Source of the DNA: Verrucomicrobiaceae bacterium
Lineage (GTDB): Bacteria > Verrucomicrobiota > Verrucomicrobiia > Verrucomicrobiales > Akkermansiaceae
Assembly (NCBI GenBank): GCA_051252135.1
Contig: JBPOGH010000017.1
Coordinates: 1 to 64,000, forward strand
Reading direction: 5' to 3'
DNA length: 64,000 nt
Each line of letters starts with the position of its first letter. Position 1 is the stretch's first letter. Shown in pieces: positions 19,223 to 29,293 of this stretch. Under the pieces are notes generated by a model. It saw only the letters and a program-made list of their open reading frames with translations, was not told where the DNA came from and ran no database searches. A program made the position numbers and the translations under genes.

Positions 19223-19234
19223 CAAACTCTACCC

Positions 19235-20485
19235 ATGAAAATCTGTCCAAAATTCACTTTCGGTGTCGGCGATCGCTTCGCCCACGGCGCTCACGCCCAA
19301 CTCCAGGCCTTCATCGCCGCCAAAGAACTCGGCGTCGACATCTGCCCCACCTGGAACAAGTCCAACCGCGAGCACGAAATCATCGGCTCCGAGCCCCAAT
19401 CCACCCGCGATGCCGCTGACAAAGCCGTCGCCGACCTCGGCTGGACCGGAGAATACCTCCTCGATGCCGACCACATCAACCTCTCCACCGTCGACCGCTT
19501 CGTCGCCCCCTGCAACTTCTTCACCCTCGACGTCGCAGATGACATCGGCGAAGCCGCCGCACCCGAAGACGTCGAAGCCTTCATCGCCAACCACCCCGAG
19601 CTCATCGGCTCGGTAAAAGTCGAAGGCATCGATGCCCCTCTCGAAATCTCACGCGAGCTCGTCGAAAAAACCGCGAACCAATTCCTCAAGGCCACCCAGA
19701 AGGCCAAGGCGATCTACGACCACATCCTCGCAGCCAAAGGCGGCACCGATGACTTCGTCACCGAAGTTTCCATGGACGAAACTGACGCCCCCCAGGTCCC
19801 CGCCGAGATGCTCATCATCCTCGCCGCCATCGCCGACCAGGGCATCCCCATCCAGACCATCGCGCCCAAGTTCACCGGCCGCTTTAACAAGGGAGTCGAC
19901 TACGTCGGCGACGTCGCTCAATTCGAGCAGGAGTTCAACGACGACCTCGCCGTCCTCGCTCACGCCATCAAAGCCTACGGCCTCCCCGAGACCCTCAAGC
20001 TCTCCGTCCACTCCGGCTCCGATAAGTTCTCCATCTACGAGCCCATCAAAAAAGCCATCGCCCGCACCGGCGCCGGCCTCCACATCAAGACCGCCGGCAC
20101 CAACTGGCTCGAAGAAGTCATCGGACTCGCCACCGCCGGTGGAGACGCCCTCGACCTCGCCAAGGAAATCTACGCCAAGGCCCTCGACAAAAAAGAAGCC
20201 CTCTGCGAGCCCTACGCCACCGTCATCGACATCGACCACTCCAAGCTCCCCAGCGCCGAGGAAGTCAACGGCTGGACCTCCGAGCAATACGTCAGCGCCC
20301 TCACGCACGACCAGAGCAACCCCGGCTACAACGCCAACGTCCGCCAGCTCCTCCACGTCGGCTTCAAGATCGCCGCCCAAATGGGTGACCGCTACCTCGA
20401 CGCCCTCAAGGCAAACGACGCCGTCATCTCCAAGTGCGTCACCGGCAACCTCCTCGACCGCCACATGAAGCCATTATTTGCGTAA
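19235..20485 (+). CDS. uxaE: Tagaturonate/fructuronate epimerase (UxaE family)
   Basis: Start ATG 19235; FGVGDRF, LDADHI, EVSMDET, APKFTGRFNKGVDY, KLSVHSGSDKFS, HIKTAGTNWLEE. Confidence 0.88.
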   Translation: MKICPKFTFGVGDRFAHGAHAQLQAFIAAKELGVDICPTWNKSNREHEIIGSEPQSTRDAADKAVADLGWTGEYLLDADHINLSTVDRFVAPCNFFTLDVADDIGEAAAPEDVEAFIANHPELIGSVKVEGIDAPLEISRELVEKTANQFLKATQKAKAIYDHILAAKGGTDDFVTEVSMDETDAPQVPAEMLIILAAIADQGIPIQTIAPKFTGRFNKGVDYVGDVAQFEQEFNDDLAVLAHAIKAYGLPETLKLSVHSGSDKFSIYEPIKKAIARTGAGLHIKTAGTNWLEEVIGLATAGGDALDLAKEIYAKALDKKEALCEPYATVIDIDHSKLPSAEEVNGWTSEQYVSALTHDQSNPGYNANVRQLLHVGFKIAAQMGDRYLDALKANDAVISKCVTGNLLDRHMKPLFA

Positions 20486-20550
20486 GCAATGAGGAGAGTG
20501 GGTAAAATGCCCTTGGGTGCATTCCTGTCCGCTACCCTCAGCCAAGTCTT

Positions 20551-20586
20551 AAAAAGCTGCGCTCCGCTTGGATCGCAGCTTTTTTA
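20551..20586. terminator. Bidirectional intrinsic terminator
   Basis: aaaaagctgcg ... cgcagcttttttt. Confidence 0.7.
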
Positions 20587-20673
20587 TGTCCCAAAATCAG
20601 CCCTCGGCTTTTGGCTCTTCCAAACCCAATCCCTCGCGAACTAGTGTTAATACTGATCAAATCAGTAAACATC

Positions 20674-21288
20674 ATGATTCCACAGAGCGCTCTTCTCGCC
20701 CGTATCATCTGCGGCACCCTCACCTGTGGAGCGATCCATGGAGCAAGCATCTCGATTAATTTTTAAGATTCACCGGGAGGCGTCATCATCAACTATTCCG
20801 TTAGCATGGATTAGACGTAATCGCGACCACCACCAATCACAACCCGGCCATATCGATTGGGTCCGGGGCCGCCGGAGTCACGGATTTCACTTTCAACGAC
20901 GAAACAACTCCATTCCAAGCCGCAACTTTCGTGGGAAACTCAGTCGCAAATCCCGATCTCATCGACTTCTTCGACAATGTCTCCATGTCACCTCTGTCAG
21001 GATTGGGCTCCGGGTCGGGAGGCATCTTTGACTTCTCAATAAACCACTTGGAATTTTTTAGCTTCACCCTTCCAGCAGGCAAGGTCTCGGGAACCCCGGT
21101 CAGTGGCGCTGCGACCTCTCCCCGATTCACCGTTTCAGATTTCGGCGAACTCCCGGGACCTCTCAACGGTCCGGGAACAAGCGTTTCTCTGAGCCCCAGA
21201 ATTCGCAGCCGTCCCCGAGCCCTCGGCAGCCCTGCTTGGAGGACTGGGAAGCCTGTTCCTATTCTCCCGCCGCCGCTTGAGCCACTAA
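20674..21288 (+). pseudogene. Degraded PEP-CTERM surface protein gene
   Basis: Signal peptide MIPQSALLARIICGTLTCGAIHGASISINF then TAA; middle part in another frame (track ORF 20931); AAVPEPSAALLGGLGSLFLFSRRR back in the first frame at 21205-21288. Confidence 0.8.
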
Positions 21289-21549
21289 CTAATTTATTCC
21301 ACCTCTCACGCTCTCTCCATGAAGCCATCCTCCTCCTTTCGATCGCCTCCCTCAGAGCGAGGCCCGCCCTTCCCAATTTCCCCCTCCCCCTCCCCGCGGA
21401 TCAATCCAATATTCCCGGCGCCGGGCATCTACAAATGGGCGACTGGTAAAACACACGCAGCAGACTTTCTCAGTTTGCAAAAAAAGACCGAAGGAAAAAT
21501 CCCCCGGCCTTTTGGTCAAATTGGAAATGTGTCCTGAAATTTCCTTCCT

Positions 21550-22194
21550 CTACCGACGGCGGCGCAAGATGGAAAGTCCGGCCAGGCCGAGCAAGGCGAT
21601 GCTGCTAGGCTCAGGGATCGCATTCACGACAATGTCATCGAAGGAAAGAATTTCCGCACCAGCGTTCATGTTCATGAGAACCTGAAGCTGGAAAGATGAA
21701 CCGGCCGTAATTCCGATTTCAGAAATAGTCCCGGCGTTGAAGGTATCATCGGCTGGAATCAAATCCGTGAGGGCAGTGGGCACCCCGTCCACAAGGTAGG
21801 TAATGACATAGTCATCAGCCTCTTCAAATTCGATTGCCGCTGATCCGGCAGCAAGAAGTGAGAAATCGAGAATGTCTCCAGGAATAGTCGTAATCACCGG
21901 TGAACTCCAGATCGCCGGGCCGTCAAGATCCCGCCCCGTAAAGGACTCATCACTGCGAACCTCGAAGAAATCGCTCGTCGCCGTAAGGTTGGCTCCACTG
22001 ACATCGATCGACCAATCAACTCCGGAAACATCAATCGTAGGAGTAGGTCCAACCGCACCCTTTCCCTGCTGACCGGTAAAATCCTCGGAGTAAATCACCG
22101 CTCCCGTTGCTGTTGTCACAGCGAATAGCGGTAAAGATAGAATCATCGCCTTAGTGAAAAGGCCCTTGCGTAGGTTGTTGTTTGCCATGGTCAT
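21550..22194 (-). CDS. PEP-CTERM sorting domain protein
   Basis: Signal peptide; C-terminal IPEPSSIALLGLAGLSILRRRR. Confidence 0.92.
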   Translation of the reverse strand: MTMANNNLRKGLFTKAMILSLPLFAVTTATGAVIYSEDFTGQQGKGAVGPTPTIDVSGVDWSIDVSGANLTATSDFFEVRSDESFTGRDLDGPAIWSSPVITTIPGDILDFSLLAAGSAAIEFEEADDYVITYLVDGVPTALTDLIPADDTFNAGTISEIGITAGSSFQLQVLMNMNAGAEILSFDDIVVNAIPEPSSIALLGLAGLSILRRRR

Positions 22195-22347
22195 TTTTTC
22201 TCCCTAATTCTGCAATGGATCCTAAGTCCGACACTTTTCGTGTCAATCAGATATTGGTGACGTGAAAACAGGCCGATCAAATGGCAACAAACCTTTCTGT
22301 TCCAACATATCCAAGCGCAAAAAAACGTCACCAAAATCCACCTGACC

Positions 22348-25344
22348 TTATTGTTTTGAGATTTTTAGCCTGAAAAACGCCTGATCACTTGGAACGGCCA
22401 CCGACGAATGAGGTGTCACCGTCACCTGGCTCAACCCCACCCCACTCACACTATCGTTGAAGGGAATATCCACGAAGTCGTTCAGCTCCGTCCCCATTTG
22501 CAGCTGATAGGTGTAGTCCACCCCGGACTGCCATGGGAACGCAAGGGACGGCTCCGGCACCGACCCACCGATCGAAACCATCGAGCGATCACTCACAAAA
22601 GGATCTCCACCAAAAACGAGCTCCATCACGTTCGTAAGCCCATCCCCATCCGGATCAGCGTCTTCAGCTGAAATCAAAGGATCGGCCTGCTGGGACTCAC
22701 TAAAGACCTCCCCTTTAAACTGCTCATAGCTCGTCCGCACCCGAATCACCAACGGCTTTCCGTAACCGGTTTCAGCCGCCAAATGAACCCCATCCGCACT
22801 CAGTAAAAAACGATCCTCACTCCCCGTTCCGTCAGCAAGGAACGGATTCAAAAACGGCGTCACCTCATCCAGCGTAAAGCTACTCCCGGTAAAAGGCGCA
22901 TCACTCAACACCTGCACCGCCTCAAGCCCCGTCCCCACGATCTCATCCAGGAACCATCCTTGCCCCGCACCCGCTCCCGAAACAAAAGCAGCATCACGCA
23001 ACACGTCATGCTCATACCGAAAACGCAGATCAAAGACCCGCCCCACCAGCCCGGCCAAATCAACTGTGACCTCCTGAAAGCTCGGCTCCGGCGTCCCCCC
23101 AATCTTAATCTGCAAGGTCTGCCACAACACCCCGTCAAACGAAGCTTGCACCTCCGCCACCTGTCCTTCCGTAGCCGAACCCAGCCGACCCCGATAAACC
23201 AACTCCGCCCCGGGCCGCGCATAATAACGATCAGGAAAGGTCAGCGTCTCACTCGCACCCGACGCCAAATGCGCCAACTGAAATGATCGGGTCCCGCTGT
23301 CTACCGTCGAGTTTTGCAACACCGAATACCCCGCACTTCCTCCATAGATCATCGGCAGCACCATCTCTTCCGCATCATAATCCACCTCCACCGGCGCACT
23401 GTGTGAAATCCGTCGCATCCCGCTCGTCACGTCCGGATCGAGCCCAATCGTAAACGTCTCGTCCTCCCCGCGCACCACCTCTGACGCACCCGTCACCTGC
23501 GGAGCAGAAACCAACTGCGCCAAACCAATCGCCGCCTCACCCTGCCCACAATAAAACAAATACGTCCTCCCATCGCTATCGACAAAGGCCCCCGGATCAC
23601 GCAGCTGATTCACTCCACCGACCTGCGCTCCCGATTGCGAAGCCAGCGGCGGAAATTGCCCCCCTTCCCAGCCACTCTGAGCACTCAGTAATTCTTGTTC
23701 CGGAAACCGCGGTGCCCACGAGTTGTAGTCAGCCGACAACTTATCAAAGTCAAAGGTCGCCATCTTCACCCGCTCGGGACGATCTTCCTTATAGGTCAAT
23801 ATCGCATAGAGAATATTCCCCCGCTTCAGCGCCCCAAAGTGACGCGGCCGAATCAAGGGCCACCCCTGAGCCCTCGCTCCATCCACAAACGGATTCGGAC
23901 CTCGGTCCCAATAATCCTTGCTGTAGTCGTATCCTCCCGGAGGCGTAAACGGATCAGCCGGAGCCTTCCAAATATCACCCGTATTGGAAAAGGCATAAAA
24001 TCTCCCCGCCTCCTCAAACACCCTAAAATAACTCTCCCCCAAGATCACCGGCTTCGTCCCATGACCCGACTGCCCGCCATCCGATGGCATATTAAAATTA
24101 AGCCCATCAGCCGATGTCGCCACCACCGTGCTCTGTCCCTTGTCATTCCCGTTATGCTCACTCGGCCCGTGATAATACAACACGAACTCCTGGTTCACAT
24201 CATCCAGAAACACCTGCGGCGAAGCAATGTGACCATCGATCACAATCCCGTTCCCCGGCGTAATCTCCCCATCCGCCCCCAGACTCAACACCCCACGATC
24301 CGCCGGAGGCAACGCTGCATCCATCCGGAAACCCGTCCAAGGCCCCTCAAGACTCTCCGCCCAAGCCATCCGGATAAAATCCCCCCCGTGGTCGCCAAAA
24401 TAGAGGTAATAAACCGCCGTCGGATCAGCCCGATTCGCCGGTGTCACCCAGCTCGGAATGCGAATACAAGACGGCCCATTGATATTATCTGACTCTGATG
24501 CCGTCGCCCCCTGCGCCAACATCCACGCCTCATCAATAATCGGCAACTCCCCGTTCATCCGCCGCGCATAAAAAACCTCCCCGGAACTCACCGCCCCCAA
24601 TTCGTCAGGAAGGACCACCGGAGGAGTCGCCACATCCACAAAGCTCTCCGTCGAAAGCACCCCACTCGTCGTCGGCACCGACCAATTCGCCACCGTCATG
24701 ATCTCGGCCGGATAACTCGTCAGAACCAGCCCCGATCTCGCCCCCAAATATTCCCGTGCCTCCACATCTCCAAAACTCAAATTCCCATTCGCCACATTCA
24801 GCACACTCGGCAGCACCGATTCACCCGCTTCCCCCCACGCCGGATTCACCGTGCTCCCCTCATAATCCACCCCAAACAACACCTCCCCATCCAAATAATC
24901 TCCTGCTCCGCTCTCCACCAAATTACCCTGCACCAGGAAAAATTGCTCTCCATTGATCGTCAGCCCAAATCTCCCCGCCGCCGTCCCGATGTTCGCGCTC
25001 GGGCTCTGGCCCGAATTCGCCGTATCAGAAATTACAATCACCGTCCCCGGCGAGATCGGACTCCCCGTATTGTTGGTCCAGAGAATCGATGACGCACTGT
25101 GGTAAAGTCCACCACCACTCCCTTCCCCCGTTCCATCGCCACCGCCGTCATACTCTGCATCCACAAGCCGGATCGATTCCCCATCTGCTAGCTCCACCCA
25201 GCTCACAAAACTGATCGCATCCACCGGAGCCGTCCGCGAATCAAAACCCACCACCATGCAGTCCCCCGGTGATAAGGCCATCGCAGAAGAACCGACCACA
25301 CAAGCGGCAGACAAACACAGAGAGAAACGAATGATCTTCATCAA
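22348..25344 (-). CDS. Large secreted protein with putative beta-propeller glycoside hydrolase domain
   Basis: Signal peptide; NINGPSCIR, YYLYFGDH, HIASPQV, QLRDPGAFVDSDGRTYLFY blades; DPDGDGLTN repeat; C-terminal FFRL domain. Confidence 0.7.
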   Translation of the reverse strand: MMKIIRFSLCLSAACVVGSSAMALSPGDCMVVGFDSRTAPVDAISFVSWVELADGESIRLVDAEYDGGGDGTGEGSGGGLYHSASSILWTNNTGSPISPGTVIVISDTANSGQSPSANIGTAAGRFGLTINGEQFFLVQGNLVESGAGDYLDGEVLFGVDYEGSTVNPAWGEAGESVLPSVLNVANGNLSFGDVEAREYLGARSGLVLTSYPAEIMTVANWSVPTTSGVLSTESFVDVATPPVVLPDELGAVSSGEVFYARRMNGELPIIDEAWMLAQGATASESDNINGPSCIRIPSWVTPANRADPTAVYYLYFGDHGGDFIRMAWAESLEGPWTGFRMDAALPPADRGVLSLGADGEITPGNGIVIDGHIASPQVFLDDVNQEFVLYYHGPSEHNGNDKGQSTVVATSADGLNFNMPSDGGQSGHGTKPVILGESYFRVFEEAGRFYAFSNTGDIWKAPADPFTPPGGYDYSKDYWDRGPNPFVDGARAQGWPLIRPRHFGALKRGNILYAILTYKEDRPERVKMATFDFDKLSADYNSWAPRFPEQELLSAQSGWEGGQFPPLASQSGAQVGGVNQLRDPGAFVDSDGRTYLFYCGQGEAAIGLAQLVSAPQVTGASEVVRGEDETFTIGLDPDVTSGMRRISHSAPVEVDYDAEEMVLPMIYGGSAGYSVLQNSTVDSGTRSFQLAHLASGASETLTFPDRYYARPGAELVYRGRLGSATEGQVAEVQASFDGVLWQTLQIKIGGTPEPSFQEVTVDLAGLVGRVFDLRFRYEHDVLRDAAFVSGAGAGQGWFLDEIVGTGLEAVQVLSDAPFTGSSFTLDEVTPFLNPFLADGTGSEDRFLLSADGVHLAAETGYGKPLVIRVRTSYEQFKGEVFSESQQADPLISAEDADPDGDGLTNVMELVFGGDPFVSDRSMVSIGGSVPEPSLAFPWQSGVDYTYQLQMGTELNDFVDIPFNDSVSGVGLSQVTVTPHSSVAVPSDQAFFRLKISKQ

Positions 25345-25495
25345 TGAGGAGGGATTTTTTCAGAATGAAACAAAATTTAGAATCGAAGCTACGCTGAAGT
25401 TCGTCAATATTGGAGCCAACCGCAAGTGGAACCATCATTTCATAGATCAGCAATCTCAACGACCCCCCCTTGTTTTAACAAAGTTTACCAAACCG

Positions 25496-27688
25496 ATGAA
25501 TCCCAGCTCCCTCTCCAGCTCCTCACGGAATTCCGCTCTTTTCCTCTGCTCGGCACTCCTTTCCTCATCCCTCTCATACGGAAATGCCACCTTCGATTTC
25601 AACGACGGCACCGCATTCGATAACGTCGGAATCGGCGCCACCATGAGCGTTCTCGATGCCGCTGAATCGATCAACGTCACCCTCACCAGTGTCGACATTA
25701 TCGGTCAGGATGCTTCCCTCGCCTCCGATGGCATCCAAACCCACTCCACCAACATTCCAGCTAATACCAATGCCATCGGCATTAGGGACGCTTCCAACCC
25801 AAATGGCGCTTCCAATAACTCTCGTGATTTCGACCCTGGCGAAGGCTGGGTCATCTCCTTCGATGTCGCCGTAAAGCTCATTTCCATCGACTTCGCCGGC
25901 CAAAGCCCGGGTGAAAATTTCATCATCTCTTCATCCTCCTTCGACAGCTTCCTCCTCGAAGACGGGCAGGAAGATGACATCCACGATCTCCTCCAGACCG
26001 AGGTCCCCGCCGGTACCCAAATCACCATCCAGATGGATGTCCCCCATGCCGAAGGGCTGGGCGCGCGCATCTCGGAGATCACCGTCGCCGCCGTCCCTGA
26101 TCCCAACACCGGAACAAACCTCATCTGGGCCGGTGCCGATGGCGACGCATGGAACACCTCTGCCCCTAATTTCACCGGAGACGATACCGAGTTTAACACC
26201 GGCGCAAACGTCGACATCCAGACTCCCGGTGCCATCAATATCGACGCCGGAGGCATCACCGCCGGAGTTGTCTCAGTCACCTCGGAAACCGGCACCATCA
26301 CTCTTCAAAATGGAAACCTCACCGCCTCCTCACTCCTCAAATCAGGAGAGAGCATCCTAAACATCGCCTCTCCCATCACTCTCGACACCGGAGTGACCAC
26401 CCTCGCCGGAGGAACCCTCCAGGTCGGCACCGGCGCAACCCTCATCTCTTCACTGGCCTCCTTCTCTGAAGGGTCCACACTGCAAGTCGACTCAGGCGCT
26501 ACCATCACCGTCGCCAATGGCGGAGCCCTCGGCACCGGCGGAGCCACCATCAACATGGCCGAGCCCCTCAGCTTGGGGAATGTCCCCAGCAGCATCTTGG
26601 ACGTCCCTCTCATCAAAACAGGACCCGCCGCCCTCACCTTCACCGGTGACCTCGGCACCCGCACCACCGGAACCGTCGCCCTAGACATCCTCGCCGGTTC
26701 CGTCATCGCCACAGAAGGGACCCAATTCAACCTCTCCGGAACCACCACCTTCGACGGCGACCTCGTCCTCGAAGGCGGCCGCCTCGAGCTTCACGGAAAC
26801 ACCATTTCCGGAACTGGCTCCATCATCGCCCAGTCCGGAAATGCCACCCTCGACGCCCGCTTCCAAGGCGGCATGGTCAATATCGCAAACCCCATCCTCC
26901 TCACCAGCGACCTCTTCGTCGACGCCCCCACGAATGGAAACAGCAACAGCGAACTTCACCTCAACGGCATCATCAGCGGCACCGGCAATCTCCTGAAAAT
27001 CGGCAACGGCCTCGTCGCCTCCACTGGAGAAAACACCTACACCGGTAACACCAGCATCGCCGCCGGAATCCTCAGCCTAGCCACCGCCTCCCTCGCAGAC
27101 ACCTCCACCGTCGACATCAGCGATACCGGCGTTCTGGCACTCACCCACGCCAGCGGAGACACGGTCACCAGCCTCACTATCGATGGCATCGAACTCTCAC
27201 CCGGCACCTACGGCAGCTCCAGCGTCACCGACATCACTCCTCAAAATATTGATGACACCCACTTCAGCGGAGACGGCTGGCTCATCGTCACCTCCGGCCC
27301 CCTGACTGACTACGGCCTTTGGGCAAGTGCCGAAGGTTTCAACCTTATCGGAGATATGACTGATGACGATGACAACGACGGCCTCAGCAACCACGAAGAA
27401 TACATCTTCGGCCTCAACCCCACCGATGCCTCGTCCGTAAACCCTTACCTCACCAAACTCGATAAAGTCTTCGGAGACCTCACCTTCACCCGTCGGAACA
27501 CCAGCCTCTACTCTACCGGATTGACCTACACCTACGAGTACTCCACAACCCTTGCTGACGACTTCACCCCCTTCATTCCGGATGAAATCGACTCTGATGC
27601 TGGCGACCCCGTCGAAGAAATCACCATCACCGTCCCAGCCGAGCTCCTCATCAACGAAACCCTCTTCGTCAGGGTCTTCGTCCGGTAA
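25496..27688 (+). CDS. Secreted protein with autotransporter-associated beta-strand repeats
   Basis: Start ATG 25496; LLKIGNGLVASTGENTYTGNTSIAAGILSL repeat; DDDNDGLSN repeat; C-terminal LFVRV domain. Confidence 0.8.
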   Translation: MNPSSLSSSSRNSALFLCSALLSSSLSYGNATFDFNDGTAFDNVGIGATMSVLDAAESINVTLTSVDIIGQDASLASDGIQTHSTNIPANTNAIGIRDASNPNGASNNSRDFDPGEGWVISFDVAVKLISIDFAGQSPGENFIISSSSFDSFLLEDGQEDDIHDLLQTEVPAGTQITIQMDVPHAEGLGARISEITVAAVPDPNTGTNLIWAGADGDAWNTSAPNFTGDDTEFNTGANVDIQTPGAINIDAGGITAGVVSVTSETGTITLQNGNLTASSLLKSGESILNIASPITLDTGVTTLAGGTLQVGTGATLISSLASFSEGSTLQVDSGATITVANGGALGTGGATINMAEPLSLGNVPSSILDVPLIKTGPAALTFTGDLGTRTTGTVALDILAGSVIATEGTQFNLSGTTTFDGDLVLEGGRLELHGNTISGTGSIIAQSGNATLDARFQGGMVNIANPILLTSDLFVDAPTNGNSNSELHLNGIISGTGNLLKIGNGLVASTGENTYTGNTSIAAGILSLATASLADTSTVDISDTGVLALTHASGDTVTSLTIDGIELSPGTYGSSSVTDITPQNIDDTHFSGDGWLIVTSGPLTDYGLWASAEGFNLIGDMTDDDDNDGLSNHEEYIFGLNPTDASSVNPYLTKLDKVFGDLTFTRRNTSLYSTGLTYTYEYSTTLADDFTPFIPDEIDSDAGDPVEEITITVPAELLINETLFVRVFVR

Positions 27689-27715
27689 AACCACCCTTCG
27701 GCAATCAAGCTCACA

Positions 27716-29071
27716 ATGGCCGCTCTCTCGAACCTAGCCCTCCCCCTCCTCCTCGGATTCGCCCTTCTCTCACCCCTCTCCGCAGACACCGTCCTCGTCT
27801 CCCGGGGCCCCGGTAAAAAGTGGACCCCTCAAGACACCCGCACCCTCGCAGACCTCCCCAACCTCCCGCCCGATCCCGCCGGCAGTCGCTTCGGTGGACT
27901 CGCCGGACCCACCCAACCCGCCACCGGATTCTTCCACACCAAAAAGATCGATGGCCGCTGGTGGCTCATCGATCCCGAAGGCCACCTCTTCATCCACCGC
28001 GGAGTCACCTCACTCAAAATGCTCCGCACCTCCGGAGCAAAAGAAAGCCTCCTTAAACAATTCGGCACCGGGGAAAAATGGGCCTCCACCACCAGCCAAC
28101 TCCTCCTCCAGCACGGCTTCAATGGCCTCGGCCCTTGGTGCGATGACGACCTCCTCCCCAGCCCGGAAGTCCCTCTCGTCCACACCAAGCTCTGGAACTT
28201 CATGTCCGCCTACGGCAAAAAACGCGGCGGCACACACCAAGCTTCCGGCCACACCGGCTACCCCCAGGACTGTCCCTTCATCTTCGACCCGGAGTTCCCC
28301 GCCTTCTGCCTCCGGCACGCCGCCCAACTCGCCGCCACCAAGGACGACCCCTGGCTCCTCGGCCACTTCACCGATAACGAACTCCCCTGGCGCCTCGGCA
28401 TGCTCGAGAACTACCTCAAGCTCCCCGCCACCGACCCCGGCCACCAAGCCGCCGCCAAATGGCTCGCCCAACGTCCCTCCCCGGACAACATCACCGAAAA
28501 AGACCGCGAGGACTTCCTCGCCTTCGCTGCCGACACCTACTTCGCCGCCGTCACCAAAGCCATCCGCACCCACGACCCGAACCACCTCATCCTCGGATCC
28601 CGCTTCCACGGCCGCGCCAACAAAATCCCCGCCCTCTTCCAGGCCGCCGGCCGCCACCTCGATGCCATCAGCGTCAACTACTACCACGCCTGGACCCCCG
28701 ACCCCACCCTCATGAAAACCTGGGAGTCCAAAGCCCAAAAACCCATCCTCATCACCGAGTGGTATGCCAAAGCCCAAGACAGCGGATTGGGAAATACCAG
28801 CGGCGCCGGCTGGCTGGTCAAGACCCAAGCCGACCGCGCCGCCTTCTATCAAAACTTCACCTTAAGCCTCCTCGAATCCCGCGTCTGCATCGGCTGGCAC
28901 TGGTTCCGCTACTCCGATAACGACCCCACCGAAAAAGGCCGCGACCCCTCAAACCTCGACGCCAACAAAGGCATCGTCACCAACCGCTACCACCCCTACA
29001 CGGAACTCCTCACCCCCATGAGAACCCTCAACCAACGCACCTACAACCTCATCCGCCACTTCGAAAAATAG
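27716..29071 (+). CDS. Beta-agarase-like (GH50-related, clan GH-A) glycoside hydrolase
   Basis: ATGFFHTKKIDGRWWLIDPEG, GFNGLGPW, LLGHFTDNEL (acid/base), DPNHLILGSRF, KPILITEW (nucleophile). Confidence 0.75.
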   Translation: MAALSNLALPLLLGFALLSPLSADTVLVSRGPGKKWTPQDTRTLADLPNLPPDPAGSRFGGLAGPTQPATGFFHTKKIDGRWWLIDPEGHLFIHRGVTSLKMLRTSGAKESLLKQFGTGEKWASTTSQLLLQHGFNGLGPWCDDDLLPSPEVPLVHTKLWNFMSAYGKKRGGTHQASGHTGYPQDCPFIFDPEFPAFCLRHAAQLAATKDDPWLLGHFTDNELPWRLGMLENYLKLPATDPGHQAAAKWLAQRPSPDNITEKDREDFLAFAADTYFAAVTKAIRTHDPNHLILGSRFHGRANKIPALFQAAGRHLDAISVNYYHAWTPDPTLMKTWESKAQKPILITEWYAKAQDSGLGNTSGAGWLVKTQADRAAFYQNFTLSLLESRVCIGWHWFRYSDNDPTEKGRDPSNLDANKGIVTNRYHPYTELLTPMRTLNQRTYNLIRHFEK

Positions 29072-29119
29072 ACCGACCCAGCCGCTTGAGCCCAAATTTC
29101 AATCGACTGCCCTAGCTCA

Positions 29120-29292
29120 ACATGTCGATCAGATCGCAAATGATCGACACATCCCACCAACATATCGCCAGCATCGACATGTCAAAGAACCCTCCCTTTT
29201 CTTTGCAATCCGAGTCATACATGTAAAATAATCACCATTTTCTTTACACGTTATCGAGGACGTGCAAAGTTATTCCTGATTTTTTGACACGT
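29120..29292. promoter_or_regulatory. Array of four 33-bp palindromic operator-like sites
   Basis: 29120-29152, 29177-29209, 29219-29251, 29260-29292; approximate consensus ACRTGYMRA-N15-TYKACACRT (second site's right arm degenerate). Confidence 0.65.
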
Positions 29293-29293
29293 T

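Noticed and set aside
19016..19234. N-terminal extensions on track ORFs for uxaE (also xerD 7639-7791 and 25256-25495)
   Set aside because: They translate MITE or intergenic sequence; family homology or the signal peptide begins at the downstream starts given
29120..29292. Possible mini-CRISPR or retron ncRNA upstream of the defence island
   Set aside because: Units are degenerate palindromes with variable centres and short, irregular gaps (8-24 bp); no reverse transcriptase or cas gene is present
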